A stretch of DNA of 64,000 nt from Candidatus Cloacimonadales bacterium (GTDB lineage Bacteria; Cloacimonadota; Cloacimonadia; Cloacimonadales; JAFGVF01), in the NCBI GenBank assembly GCA_963662585.1, contig OY759729.1:2720001-2784000 (forward strand), read 5' to 3'. Shown in pieces: positions 20,513 through 29,943 of this stretch. The notes below the pieces were generated by a model. That model searched no databases, was not told the DNA's origin, and saw nothing but the letters and a program-made list of their open reading frames with translations. Made by a program: the position numbers and the translations under genes. Numbering within the stretch: the first letter of the stretch is position 1; each line of letters starts with the position of its first letter.

Positions 20513-21754
20513 ATGAAAAAGTTTTTAATAATTACTGTGTTAATGGCGTTCTCATTAACCTTTGTGTTTGCGCAAGAAATGAGCGAAATTCAAATGGAAA
20601 AATTTGAAGGGAAAATGGAAAAATTCGCAGATGAGATGGAAAATTTAGCAGAAAAGATTGCTGAGGAACAAGGTCAAGTAACTATTACTGTTAATAGTAA
20701 TGATACTAAAAGAGTTTATCTTGGTGTTTTTCCTCAAGATTTATCATTAGATGATGTTCGTGAATTAAATTATGATTTAAATTATGGTGTTTTAATCTCT
20801 GGTGTTGTAGCAGGTAGTTCAGCAAGCAGACAAAAAATATTCGCTAAAGACATTATCTATGAGATTGATGGTAGAAAAGTTACAAATAATAAGGCCTTTA
20901 CAGAAATCCTTAAATCTTACAATCCTGGTGATGTAGCTGTTATGAAAATTTTTAGTGCAGGTAAGCATACAGAAAAAGAATTTACCTTCGAAGCTAACCC
21001 TCAGTCAAAAGATGCGAATGTAAAAGTTGATTTAATAAAGAAAAAAAGTGAAGTTGATTGGAATTCTGTAGCAATTAACTGGATTCCACGCTACTATCAA
21101 TTTGATGATATCGATGATGTTAATGGCATTTTTGGACAAATGGGTTTTGATAAATTAGACGATGATGGTATCTTTATGAATGGTTTTGGTTTCAGAATCC
21201 ATGCTGGTAAAGGTTTCTATATTGGTGGAGAATGGAGTTGGAATGAGACAGATAAAAAGGTTAATATAACAACCGAAAATATAACCAATTATCCTAATAC
21301 AGATCCAACTGCGAATTTCCAAAAAAGTAAAGAAAATTTTGTTAGAGAAATGAAATATTATAACGGATTTGGTGGTGTTACTTTAGATAAAAGAATTTAT
21401 TTCACTAAATATTTCCAACCAGGAATCGGCTTCCTATTAGGTGCTGGTACTCAAAGATTCGAGTTCTCTCAAACAAACGGAGATTATGATTGGGATAATT
21501 TAAATCAAGATTTCAATACTTCAGGTAATAATCACATGGTAATGAATAGAGATTTTATCATCTTCCAACCTAGAGCTGATTTATACATCCCAATCCTATC
21601 ATGGGTAGGTGTTAGAGGTGAAGTCGGCTATATGTTAGGTTACAGTCCTCAATCAGGCTGGCAAGGTGGAGATTATGATTATGGTATAAAAAACTCACCA
21701 GATACTAACTGCCAAGGTTTAACTTTCTCAGTTGGTCCATGGATCGAGTTTTAG
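20513..21754 (+). CDS. secreted PDZ-domain protein with a probable C-terminal outer-membrane beta-barrel
   Basis: Signal peptide; PDZ (YLGV..GVLISGVVAGS.A..DII.EIDG); C-terminal amphipathic strands ending in F. Confidence 0.7.
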   Translation: MKKFLIITVLMAFSLTFVFAQEMSEIQMEKFEGKMEKFADEMENLAEKIAEEQGQVTITVNSNDTKRVYLGVFPQDLSLDDVRELNYDLNYGVLISGVVAGSSASRQKIFAKDIIYEIDGRKVTNNKAFTEILKSYNPGDVAVMKIFSAGKHTEKEFTFEANPQSKDANVKVDLIKKKSEVDWNSVAINWIPRYYQFDDIDDVNGIFGQMGFDKLDDDGIFMNGFGFRIHAGKGFYIGGEWSWNETDKKVNITTENITNYPNTDPTANFQKSKENFVREMKYYNGFGGVTLDKRIYFTKYFQPGIGFLLGAGTQRFEFSQTNGDYDWDNLNQDFNTSGNNHMVMNRDFIIFQPRADLYIPILSWVGVRGEVGYMLGYSPQSGWQGGDYDYGIKNSPDTNCQGLTFSVGPWIEF

Positions 21755-21892
21755 AATAAATTAGACAAGTCGTATTAGTATATATCCTTCCACGCCCAAT
21801 CCAACCCCGGATTGGGCTTCCCTATAAAAAATATATTTTTTTCCTTGTCAATTATTTTGAGTAATATTTAAATAGTATCAAGAGGTAAAACG

Positions 21893-22441
21893 ATGTTTGA
21901 GAGTTTAGGAAACTATATCTTGAAAGGTGTAATAACTTTTACACTTTTAGTGTTGTCTTCTTATGAAGGTAACGACGCAACTTTTAAGGCCTTACAGGTA
22001 AATTATTTAGAAGGTGCTATTGGAATTCAAGTCCAATTAGAAAGTGCTTTTGAGAATGATTTTGAAGAGATATTTAAAACAGGTAAAAGTATAGATATCT
22101 GGTTTAATACTTCTGTAAGTAGCCAAGGTGTAGTGTTAGAGGAAGAGGAATTTAGTCATAATGTTACCTATGATCCTCTCCTAGATAGCTATTTACTATT
22201 TAAAGGTTCAACAGATGAATCTATGGTCTGCGAAGACTATCAATGTTTAGTAAAGGAACTCTCACAAATTAAATGGCATTTTAGACAGCTTAGAAGTGTT
22301 TCAGATTATGATTTTTCTATTAGTGCTCATTTGGAGAAAATCTACTTTGAAGAGATGGATGATGATTTTAATCTGATGCTATTGTGGAAGAATAAAACTC
22401 CTCGGTTAAAAGAGAGGATTAGGGTAAATTTAAATAACTGA
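21893..22441 (+). CDS. hypothetical periplasmic protein (DUF4390-like) upstream of the kinase/regulator pair
   Basis: N-terminal hydrophobic segment; V.YDPL...Y motif; position before NtrY/NtrX-like genes. Confidence 0.55.
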   Translation: MFESLGNYILKGVITFTLLVLSSYEGNDATFKALQVNYLEGAIGIQVQLESAFENDFEEIFKTGKSIDIWFNTSVSSQGVVLEEEEFSHNVTYDPLLDSYLLFKGSTDESMVCEDYQCLVKELSQIKWHFRQLRSVSDYDFSISAHLEKIYFEEMDDDFNLMLLWKNKTPRLKERIRVNLNN

Positions 22442-22455
22442 TATTGGAAGGTTTA

Positions 22456-23625
22456 ATGAAGTATCGTCCAGGGATTAGATCCTATTTTATAATTACTTTT
22501 ATTGTTGTTTTTGGGTTGAGTATATATTTAATTAATAACTATTTTCTAAATCAACAAGAGAGAATTAAGGGGTCTTTTAGTAATATTGATGCGAAACCAC
22601 TGGTCCAGAATTTGAGATTGGAAACAGCTCAAGACTCCTTGCTCGCAACAAATCTTCTTAATAATATAAATAGTCTTAAAGCACTCACAGCTACAACTTT
22701 GATCGAAGTTAAAAGTTATTCTTGGCTAATTATTTTCACTATAGCTCTGGTTGCCTTTGCTTTCTTTATCCTAATAATAATGAAGTTTAGTAAGCCGATT
22801 ATTGAGTTGCAGAAAGCAACAGAATTGATACAAAAAGGATTTTATGACATCTCTTTACCAGAAACAGGAATAAGAGAGCTTAGGGATTTGAAGAAATCTT
22901 TTAATACTATGTCTAAAGAGTTAACCAATACTCAGGAAAAGTTGGTAGAGTCTGAAAAACAAGCAATTTGGAAAGATCTTTCTCGAGCCCTAGCTCATGA
23001 AATAAAGAATCCTCTGACTCCTATCCAGTTAACATTACAGAGATTAGAAGAAAAGTATGATGACAAGGATAGATTCTATGCTTACTTTCCGCAAGCAACT
23101 GAAGTTATTCATAATGAAATTCAGAACCTTTTATCCATATCCAGAAACTTCTCAACCTTTGCCAAATTAGTAGTTCCAGAAAAAAGTGCTTTTTGCCCTA
23201 AGAAAGCACTAGATAATATAATTGATTCCTATAGTGCTAACTTTACCATTAATCGGAATTATAATACTAACAAATTAACCTATTTTGATCAAGACCATTT
23301 TTATCAAATTATAACTAATTTGCTTCAGAATGCTATTGACGCTAGTGACCGTGGGACACCTATTGAAATCTCAATTAAAGAAGACCATACATTACTTATT
23401 ATTTGTATTGAAGATCATGGAATTGGAATTGCTCGAGAAGATATTAGTAGGATTTATAATCCTTACTTTACCAAAAAGGTTAATGGTAGTGGGATTGGAT
23501 TAGCCTTAGTTAAGAAGTTTATTGAGGCTAATGGTAGTGCTATATATGTAAAAAGCCAAGAGGGTATTGGCACAAAATTTAGGTTCTCTATGGAGATTTT
23601 TAATGAAAATTCTGATAACAGATGA
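22456..23625 (+). CDS. HAMP-domain sensor histidine kinase (NtrY-like)
   Basis: Two TMs, HAMP domain, H-box AW....R.LAHEIKNPLTPIQL, NLLQNA, DHGIG, GSGIGL. Confidence 0.9.
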   Translation: MKYRPGIRSYFIITFIVVFGLSIYLINNYFLNQQERIKGSFSNIDAKPLVQNLRLETAQDSLLATNLLNNINSLKALTATTLIEVKSYSWLIIFTIALVAFAFFILIIMKFSKPIIELQKATELIQKGFYDISLPETGIRELRDLKKSFNTMSKELTNTQEKLVESEKQAIWKDLSRALAHEIKNPLTPIQLTLQRLEEKYDDKDRFYAYFPQATEVIHNEIQNLLSISRNFSTFAKLVVPEKSAFCPKKALDNIIDSYSANFTINRNYNTNKLTYFDQDHFYQIITNLLQNAIDASDRGTPIEISIKEDHTLLIICIEDHGIGIAREDISRIYNPYFTKKVNGSGIGLALVKKFIEANGSAIYVKSQEGIGTKFRFSMEIFNENSDNR

Positions 23626-24949
23626 TGAAATAAATATTGTAAAATTATTAAAAGAGATTTTTGAAGAAGATAATCATGATGTAGAAATTGCTTTTAATGG
23701 CCAGCAGGGTATTGAAAAATTTAAATCATTTGCGCCGGATATTACATTTTTGGATGTGAAAATGCCTGTTTTAGATGGTGTAAGTGCTTTAGAAAAAATT
23801 AAACATATAAACTCAGAGGCTACAGTGATAATGGTCTCAGGGCATAGTAACATCCCTATAGCGGTTAAGTCTATTAAAGGTGGAGCTTACGATTTCCTAG
23901 AGAAACCACTTTCTCTTCCTCAGATTAAGGTTACTCTCAACAAGGCTATTCAACATATCAGAATGAATAATAGGGTAGCAAACCTGCAGAGTAATCTCGA
24001 CTCCAAATACCAAATGATCGGTGATTCTTCAGCCATGAAGCAGTTAAATAGTCTGATTGATAGAGTCGCAGCTACTAATTCAAAAGTCCTTATTCAAGGT
24101 GAAAGTGGAACAGGTAAAGAACTTGTAGCCTGGTCAATTCATACTAAAAGTAATAGGTCAGAGGGAAGTTTCATTAGATTTAACTCTGCTGCAATCCCTA
24201 ATGAACTAGTTGAAAGTGAGCTTTTCGGCTATGAAAAAGGTGCTTTTACAGGAGCACAAAATTCTAAGAAGGGAAAGATTGAAGAGGCTGATGGAGGTAC
24301 TCTTTTCTTAGATGAAATAGGGGATATGAGCATGACGGCCCAAGCAAAAATATTAAGAGTTATTCAAGAAGGTGAATTTGAAAGAGTTGGCTCTAATAAG
24401 CAAATAAAAGTTGATGCTAGAATTATAGCTGCTACCCATAAGGATTTACAGAAATTAATATCTGAAGGTAAATTTCGTGAAGATCTCTTCTATCGTTTGA
24501 ATGTTCTTCCCTTAAGAGTTCCACCCCTAAGAGAAAGAAGAGACGATATAAAAGTTCTAATTGATTATTTCACTGCTTTAAACTCTCAAGAGATGAAAAT
24601 TAAACCCAAAAAGTTCACTAAAGAGACTCTAGACTATCTTAAGAATCTTCCTTTCCCAGGAAATGTGAGAGAGCTTAAAAATCTTATTGAAAGGCTCTTT
24701 ATTGTTTCAGAAGAAGAAGTCATTGATTTAGATTTAGTGAAGAGTTTTCATAACCCTAATTCCAATAGTGATGACTTTTGGGATGAGACAATTTCTTTTG
24801 CAGAGAAGAAAACCCAGTTCGAAAAGAGATATTTAGAAATTCAATTGAAAAAAAACTCGGGTAATATTTCTAAGACATCGCAAGCGTTAGGTTTACAGCA
24901 GAGTAATCTCTCTAGAAAGATAAAGGAACTAAGTATAACTCTTAATTAA
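23603..24949 (+). CDS. sigma54-dependent response regulator (NtrX/NtrC family)
   Basis: Receiver (DDE, LDVKMP), GESGTGKE, ESELFGYEKGAFTGA, FPGNVREL, Fis-type HTH; start moved to ATG 23603. Confidence 0.92.
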   Translation: MKILITDDEINIVKLLKEIFEEDNHDVEIAFNGQQGIEKFKSFAPDITFLDVKMPVLDGVSALEKIKHINSEATVIMVSGHSNIPIAVKSIKGGAYDFLEKPLSLPQIKVTLNKAIQHIRMNNRVANLQSNLDSKYQMIGDSSAMKQLNSLIDRVAATNSKVLIQGESGTGKELVAWSIHTKSNRSEGSFIRFNSAAIPNELVESELFGYEKGAFTGAQNSKKGKIEEADGGTLFLDEIGDMSMTAQAKILRVIQEGEFERVGSNKQIKVDARIIAATHKDLQKLISEGKFREDLFYRLNVLPLRVPPLRERRDDIKVLIDYFTALNSQEMKIKPKKFTKETLDYLKNLPFPGNVRELKNLIERLFIVSEEEVIDLDLVKSFHNPNSNSDDFWDETISFAEKKTQFEKRYLEIQLKKNSGNISKTSQALGLQQSNLSRKIKELSITLN

Positions 24950-25059
24950 AGTAAAGAATTATTTCATAAAATATAAATGTTTCACGAATGTATTTTGTAG
25001 CAAAATAGGCTTGACAATACCTTTCTTAATTCCGATTCTGACATAGAGGTACTTGTCAC

Positions 25060-27288
25060 ATGAAAAAAATCTATTTTACATTATTATTATTCGGAATATT
25101 TGGATTATCACTATGGTCTAATGAACTCGCAGATTCTCTTAAATTAGAAATTGAATCACTTCCTTTTTCTTACTTAAAAGGCGACAAAATATGGGATTTA
25201 GCTCTACTCCAAGGGAATGAACTCAACCAACCTGAGGAATCCATAAAAAACTATCTGAAAGCTACAGAGATGTTTGTGGAAATGGACTCACTGGCAAGTG
25301 CAATTAAAACCAATAGTAGTGTCTTTATCATGGCATTTAATAATCCTGAATACTTTGAATATTCCAAAGAAGCCTTCCCTCGACATTTAACTTTCCTAGA
25401 TAATGAAAAACTGCAATCTTACAAAACTAAATTATTAAGAGATATGCAAATTCATCTCAATAATGCCTACTTCCTCAAGGATATGGACCATCTTCAAGAA
25501 GGTTTGTTGCTTATCGAAAAGTACTTTGATGATAGAAAAAATGATTCAATGAAAATAGATTTTGACCATCTTCAAATATTAACCATTAATCACTTTTATG
25601 GTGAAGAAAAAGCCCTAAATAAATCTATGGAAATCTACAAAGCTATTGAAAATGGAGATTATAACCTAAACTTTGGTAAAAAAAATATTATGAGAGTTAA
25701 GATTCTCTCTGTAATGCAGAATATTTATTACTATAGGGGAGATATTGATCAATCTAATCAAATCTTAGATCAAGCTAAAACTATTGCTTTTGATGTTTAT
25801 ACTAATTACACCGACAGTCTCTCTGTCTATGAAAAAAATGATTTAAGATCAGATATAGCCCAGTTAATGACTTTAAAGACTGATAATCTTGAAATTAAAG
25901 AAGAAAATTTAACTGCTATTGAAACAGGATATCTTGATGTAAATAAATTTGCTAAAGCATTCGATAAAGATAGAGAAGTTAATAATTATGTAAAAATAGC
26001 TCACGCTTATGATGTAGTTTTTAGTGGAAAACATCGAAAAATTAACTACTACTTAACTAAAGCTGAAAATGAAATAGAATTAGTCTCAAACTCACTTTTC
26101 GTTACTAATTTTTACCTTACTAAAGCAAGATATCTACTCAATGTAAAGGATTATGAAACTGCCGATCTATGCTTCCTTGAGGTCGAAAAATTCATAGATA
26201 AAACAAATCAATCTTGGATTAAATTCAACTATATCTTAGAACGATCAAGGTACTATTTCGAAACTAATCAGCCTAAAATTGGCTATGATATGGTTACGAA
26301 ATTTTATAAAAACATCGATAAAGATTTCTCCAATGATATTGCTGAAAAAACTGCTGAATTGAATAATCTTTTAGCAACCCAAGAACTTAAAAGTGATAAG
26401 ATAAAGTTAGAAAAAGAACTGGAAATTAAATCTCTGAAGAGTAGTAGAGAAACATTAGTAACTACTCTAGTTGGTATAGTTTTAGGCTTTACTTCCTTGC
26501 TACTTATTAATAATGTAAGATTGAACAAAAAATTAAAATATTCTCTCACTACTCAGAGTGAAACACTACAAAAAGAGATGATTATTAGCCAAAAAAGAGC
26601 TGAAGAATTAATCGTAACAGAAAAACTATCTACTACAGGACAGATTGCTTCTTCAATAGCTCATGAAATCAAAAATCCACTTACTAATATTATTACTGCT
26701 TCCAAATTATTAAAACACTCAAATAATCAAGAGGAAATAGATAAATACTATCAAATTTGTGAAAGAAATTCTTGGCTAGCAATCGATAAAGTTAATGCTC
26801 TTCTGGAATATGCTAAGCAGAAGAAGATGAACTTTCAGGATTCTTATCTCAAGACAGTTCTTAAAGATGCTTATAGTCTGACTAAAGGCTCATTAGAAAA
26901 CAAGAACATTCAACTTGATTTAATCTATAAAACCCATGATGATATGGTTAGAATTGATCAAAAAGAGATAGCTGGAGTAATTGTTAATATAATTCTTAAT
27001 TCAATTCAAGCTATGGGTGAGGATCAGGAAAATAAACTAATTGAAGTTATCTTAAGTAAAGAAAATAACAACTTCATTATCGAAATTACTGATAATGGTG
27101 CCGGTATTCCTCAAGAAATTTTATCTGAAGTGTTTAATCCCTTCTTTACTACTAAAGAGAAAGGTACAGGTTTGGGACTTAACTATGCCCAGAAAGTTCT
27201 GATTGAACATTACGGTAAAATTGAAATCAAATCACAAGTTAATAAAGGTACTCATGTGATTATAAAACTTCCTGATAATTTAATTTAA
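25060..27288 (+). CDS. orphan sensor histidine kinase with a large helical (TPR-like) extracytoplasmic domain
   Basis: Signal peptide, helical region, TM, SIAHEIKNPL, NIILNS, DNGAGI, FFTTK..GTGLGL. Confidence 0.88.
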   Translation: MKKIYFTLLLFGIFGLSLWSNELADSLKLEIESLPFSYLKGDKIWDLALLQGNELNQPEESIKNYLKATEMFVEMDSLASAIKTNSSVFIMAFNNPEYFEYSKEAFPRHLTFLDNEKLQSYKTKLLRDMQIHLNNAYFLKDMDHLQEGLLLIEKYFDDRKNDSMKIDFDHLQILTINHFYGEEKALNKSMEIYKAIENGDYNLNFGKKNIMRVKILSVMQNIYYYRGDIDQSNQILDQAKTIAFDVYTNYTDSLSVYEKNDLRSDIAQLMTLKTDNLEIKEENLTAIETGYLDVNKFAKAFDKDREVNNYVKIAHAYDVVFSGKHRKINYYLTKAENEIELVSNSLFVTNFYLTKARYLLNVKDYETADLCFLEVEKFIDKTNQSWIKFNYILERSRYYFETNQPKIGYDMVTKFYKNIDKDFSNDIAEKTAELNNLLATQELKSDKIKLEKELEIKSLKSSRETLVTTLVGIVLGFTSLLLINNVRLNKKLKYSLTTQSETLQKEMIISQKRAEELIVTEKLSTTGQIASSIAHEIKNPLTNIITASKLLKHSNNQEEIDKYYQICERNSWLAIDKVNALLEYAKQKKMNFQDSYLKTVLKDAYSLTKGSLENKNIQLDLIYKTHDDMVRIDQKEIAGVIVNIILNSIQAMGEDQENKLIEVILSKENNNFIIEITDNGAGIPQEILSEVFNPFFTTKEKGTGLGLNYAQKVLIEHYGKIEIKSQVNKGTHVIIKLPDNLI

Positions 27289-27607
27289 AAGATCTTGTAT
27301 TTAATCTAATTACCTCCTAAAACTAAGATGATTCAACGCAAAATATAAGTTTGTTTTGTATCACCTATTACATTATTTTAACTAAAAGTACTGTTAATAA
27401 TTATAATTTGTCCACATTAGTAACTTTTAAAGATAAGCGCTCGTAGAAATTAAAAATTTCGTAGTTCCCAAACAATTGTTAAATATAAACTTATAAACAA
27501 ATACCAGTAATAATTATGTCTCTACTGAAAAAAAAGCTTGACTCTGATTATTAATAACTGAAATAATGTTTACAGAGGAAATTTCAAGAATTATAATAGG
27601 AGTTATT

Positions 27608-29707
27608 ATGAAGTTACTAATTACGGTTTGGTTGTTTTTATATATCCCTTTACAAGTATTATGTCAAACCTATCCATCTGGCTCTGGAACATTTGAGGAT
27701 CCATATTTAATCGAGAACTTAAGTAATCTTAAGTACCTGAGTGACAGACAGTATCAAGTTACTAATCCCCCAATTTATACTCCAGGACTATATTTTCTTC
27801 AAACAGCTGATATTGATGCTAGCGAGACCATAACTTGGAATGATGGTGATGGTTTTAGACCTATTGGTAATGCAAGTCTTAGTTTTGAAGGAAACTATGA
27901 TGGACAAGGTTATGTTATATCTAATTTATTTATTAATCAAAGTGGAAATTACTGCGGATTATTCGGGAGGGCAGCAGGAGCAAATATTAGTAACATAGTT
28001 CTTAAAGATGTCTCTTTTAGCGGTTATAAACATGTTGGTGGTCTGGTGGGGTATGCTACTAGTAGAACAATCGTAAGTAACTGCTCTACTAGTGGAACTA
28101 TTTTTGCCAGTGGGGATATTTCTGTTAATGGAGTAGATTCTTTTTGTGGAGGTATCATAGGGACATCTAATAACAGATCTGAAATAATTAATTGTTCTTC
28201 CACGGTTGAATTATCTGGGGTAGATAAAATAGGGGGAATAACAGCGTTTGTCTATAATGATTGTAAGGTCTTAAATAGTTATTATATTGGAAACATTACT
28301 GGAAGAAATTTTATAGGTGGAATCGTTGGTTTTATGAATGGTTTAACTACTGCTCAAATTAAGAATTGCTACTCAGTAGCTAATATTAATTATCAAGAAT
28401 CATCATTTTGTGGAAGTCTAATAGGTGAAAATGGTACTTCTAGTATCGAGTCTTGTTACTTTCTGAATGATGATAACTTCCCAGCAATTGGGCATGATAA
28501 TACTCCTACTAGTTTTGATTCATCTAACTTTCAGGGCTTAACTGAGAATGAACTAAAAACTTCTACAAGTTATATATCTGATGGTTGGGACTTCCTAACA
28601 ACTTGGAGCTTATTAGATCCTATCATCAATAATGGATATCCCTACCTCTATTGGCAAGAAGAAGGGCAACATTCTCTAATTGTAATAGATGATGAAAATA
28701 CTCAAAATATCACTGCTCCAGATCTTAATGTTGAGATAGATTTCACTTCAGCCTTACCTACAGGGACTCAACTTTTGATAAATTTACACGATTCTAATAA
28801 TGTTTCTTGCAATGGCTTATCAAACTCTCAAGAAACTTTAGGATCTAATTTTTGGCGAGTTAAGACAACTTGCACAGATTCCATCTTTTATAATTTAAAA
28901 TTAGATTTAAATGGAATTCAGCTTCCAACGGATTTAGAAGAAGTTAAAATATTTAAAAGAGAAGATGCCAATAGCGATTGGGTAGATGTTGTAGATTTAG
29001 GTGCTGAAGTCACCTGGTTGAATAATACTGTCTCTATTTCAGGATTATCTTCTTTTTCTGATTTTATCCCAGTTCTTGAAGATGCTACCTTGCCAGTCGA
29101 GTTATCTACTTTTACAGGAGATATAATTGATAATGAAACTATTAAGTTGAGCTGGTCAGTTGAATCTGAATCTAATCTATTAGGCTATTATCTGATGAGG
29201 AGTAATGACATTAATCTGGCAAATGCAGAGGTAATCCCCTCATTGATTCAAGCTAATAATAGCTCTCAGACTCATACTTATAGTTTTATAGATCATCCAC
29301 AAGCTAATAATAAAATTCTCTATTACTGGCTCAAGAGTGTAGAACTTAGTAATCAATCAGAATACTATGGCCCTGTTCAGATTATTCTAAATGATGAATC
29401 AGATAACTGCCCTCAAGTAATTTACGGGAATCAACTTAATAGTCCCTTCCCAAATCCCTTTAATCCTACAACCACAATTAGCTTTTCCCTTGCTAAAGCT
29501 CAAAATGTAGAACTGAAAATATATAATATCAAAGGACAAGTTGTCAGAAATTTACTCACAAAGTTTATTGAAGAAGCAAATATCTATCACACAGTAACAT
29601 GGGATGGGAAAGATAATAGTAATAAAGAGCTTAGCTCAGGAACATATATAATAAATATGAAGCTAGATAAAGAGCTGATTAATCGAAAAGCAATATTAAT
29701 GAAATAG
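27608..29707 (+). CDS. secreted GLUG-repeat protein with an FlgD/T9SS-like C-terminal domain
   Basis: GSGT.EDPYLI, F.GNYDGQG, VGGLVG/IGGIVG repeats, LPVELSTF, PNPFNPTTTISF..IYNIKGQ; AGGAG RBS before ATG 27608. Confidence 0.8.
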   Translation: MKLLITVWLFLYIPLQVLCQTYPSGSGTFEDPYLIENLSNLKYLSDRQYQVTNPPIYTPGLYFLQTADIDASETITWNDGDGFRPIGNASLSFEGNYDGQGYVISNLFINQSGNYCGLFGRAAGANISNIVLKDVSFSGYKHVGGLVGYATSRTIVSNCSTSGTIFASGDISVNGVDSFCGGIIGTSNNRSEIINCSSTVELSGVDKIGGITAFVYNDCKVLNSYYIGNITGRNFIGGIVGFMNGLTTAQIKNCYSVANINYQESSFCGSLIGENGTSSIESCYFLNDDNFPAIGHDNTPTSFDSSNFQGLTENELKTSTSYISDGWDFLTTWSLLDPIINNGYPYLYWQEEGQHSLIVIDDENTQNITAPDLNVEIDFTSALPTGTQLLINLHDSNNVSCNGLSNSQETLGSNFWRVKTTCTDSIFYNLKLDLNGIQLPTDLEEVKIFKREDANSDWVDVVDLGAEVTWLNNTVSISGLSSFSDFIPVLEDATLPVELSTFTGDIIDNETIKLSWSVESESNLLGYYLMRSNDINLANAEVIPSLIQANNSSQTHTYSFIDHPQANNKILYYWLKSVELSNQSEYYGPVQIILNDESDNCPQVIYGNQLNSPFPNPFNPTTTISFSLAKAQNVELKIYNIKGQVVRNLLTKFIEEANIYHTVTWDGKDNSNKELSSGTYIINMKLDKELINRKAILMK

Positions 29708-29889
29708 TCTTGCTTTTAAACCCGAATGGTTCAGTAGAGCTTTACAGAAGAGTGCAGATTCTTTTAGATAAATATATATACTCTGAGAAATTATGTAGAA
29801 CGCTTTAGCAAATGAATATAGTGCTATTCTAAAAGATTTACTGTGTTATTTGGGTTAAAGAACTTCAATGAAAAGATAAAAGTAACAAC

Positions 29890-29925
29890 AAAAAAAGGAA
29901 GTGGAGATATCTCCTCTTCCTTTTT
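29890..29925. terminator. bidirectional intrinsic terminator between convergent genes
   Basis: A7-GGAAG.GGAG atat CTCC.CTTCC-T5. Confidence 0.65.
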
Positions 29926-29943
29926 AATATCTTTAGAAATTAT

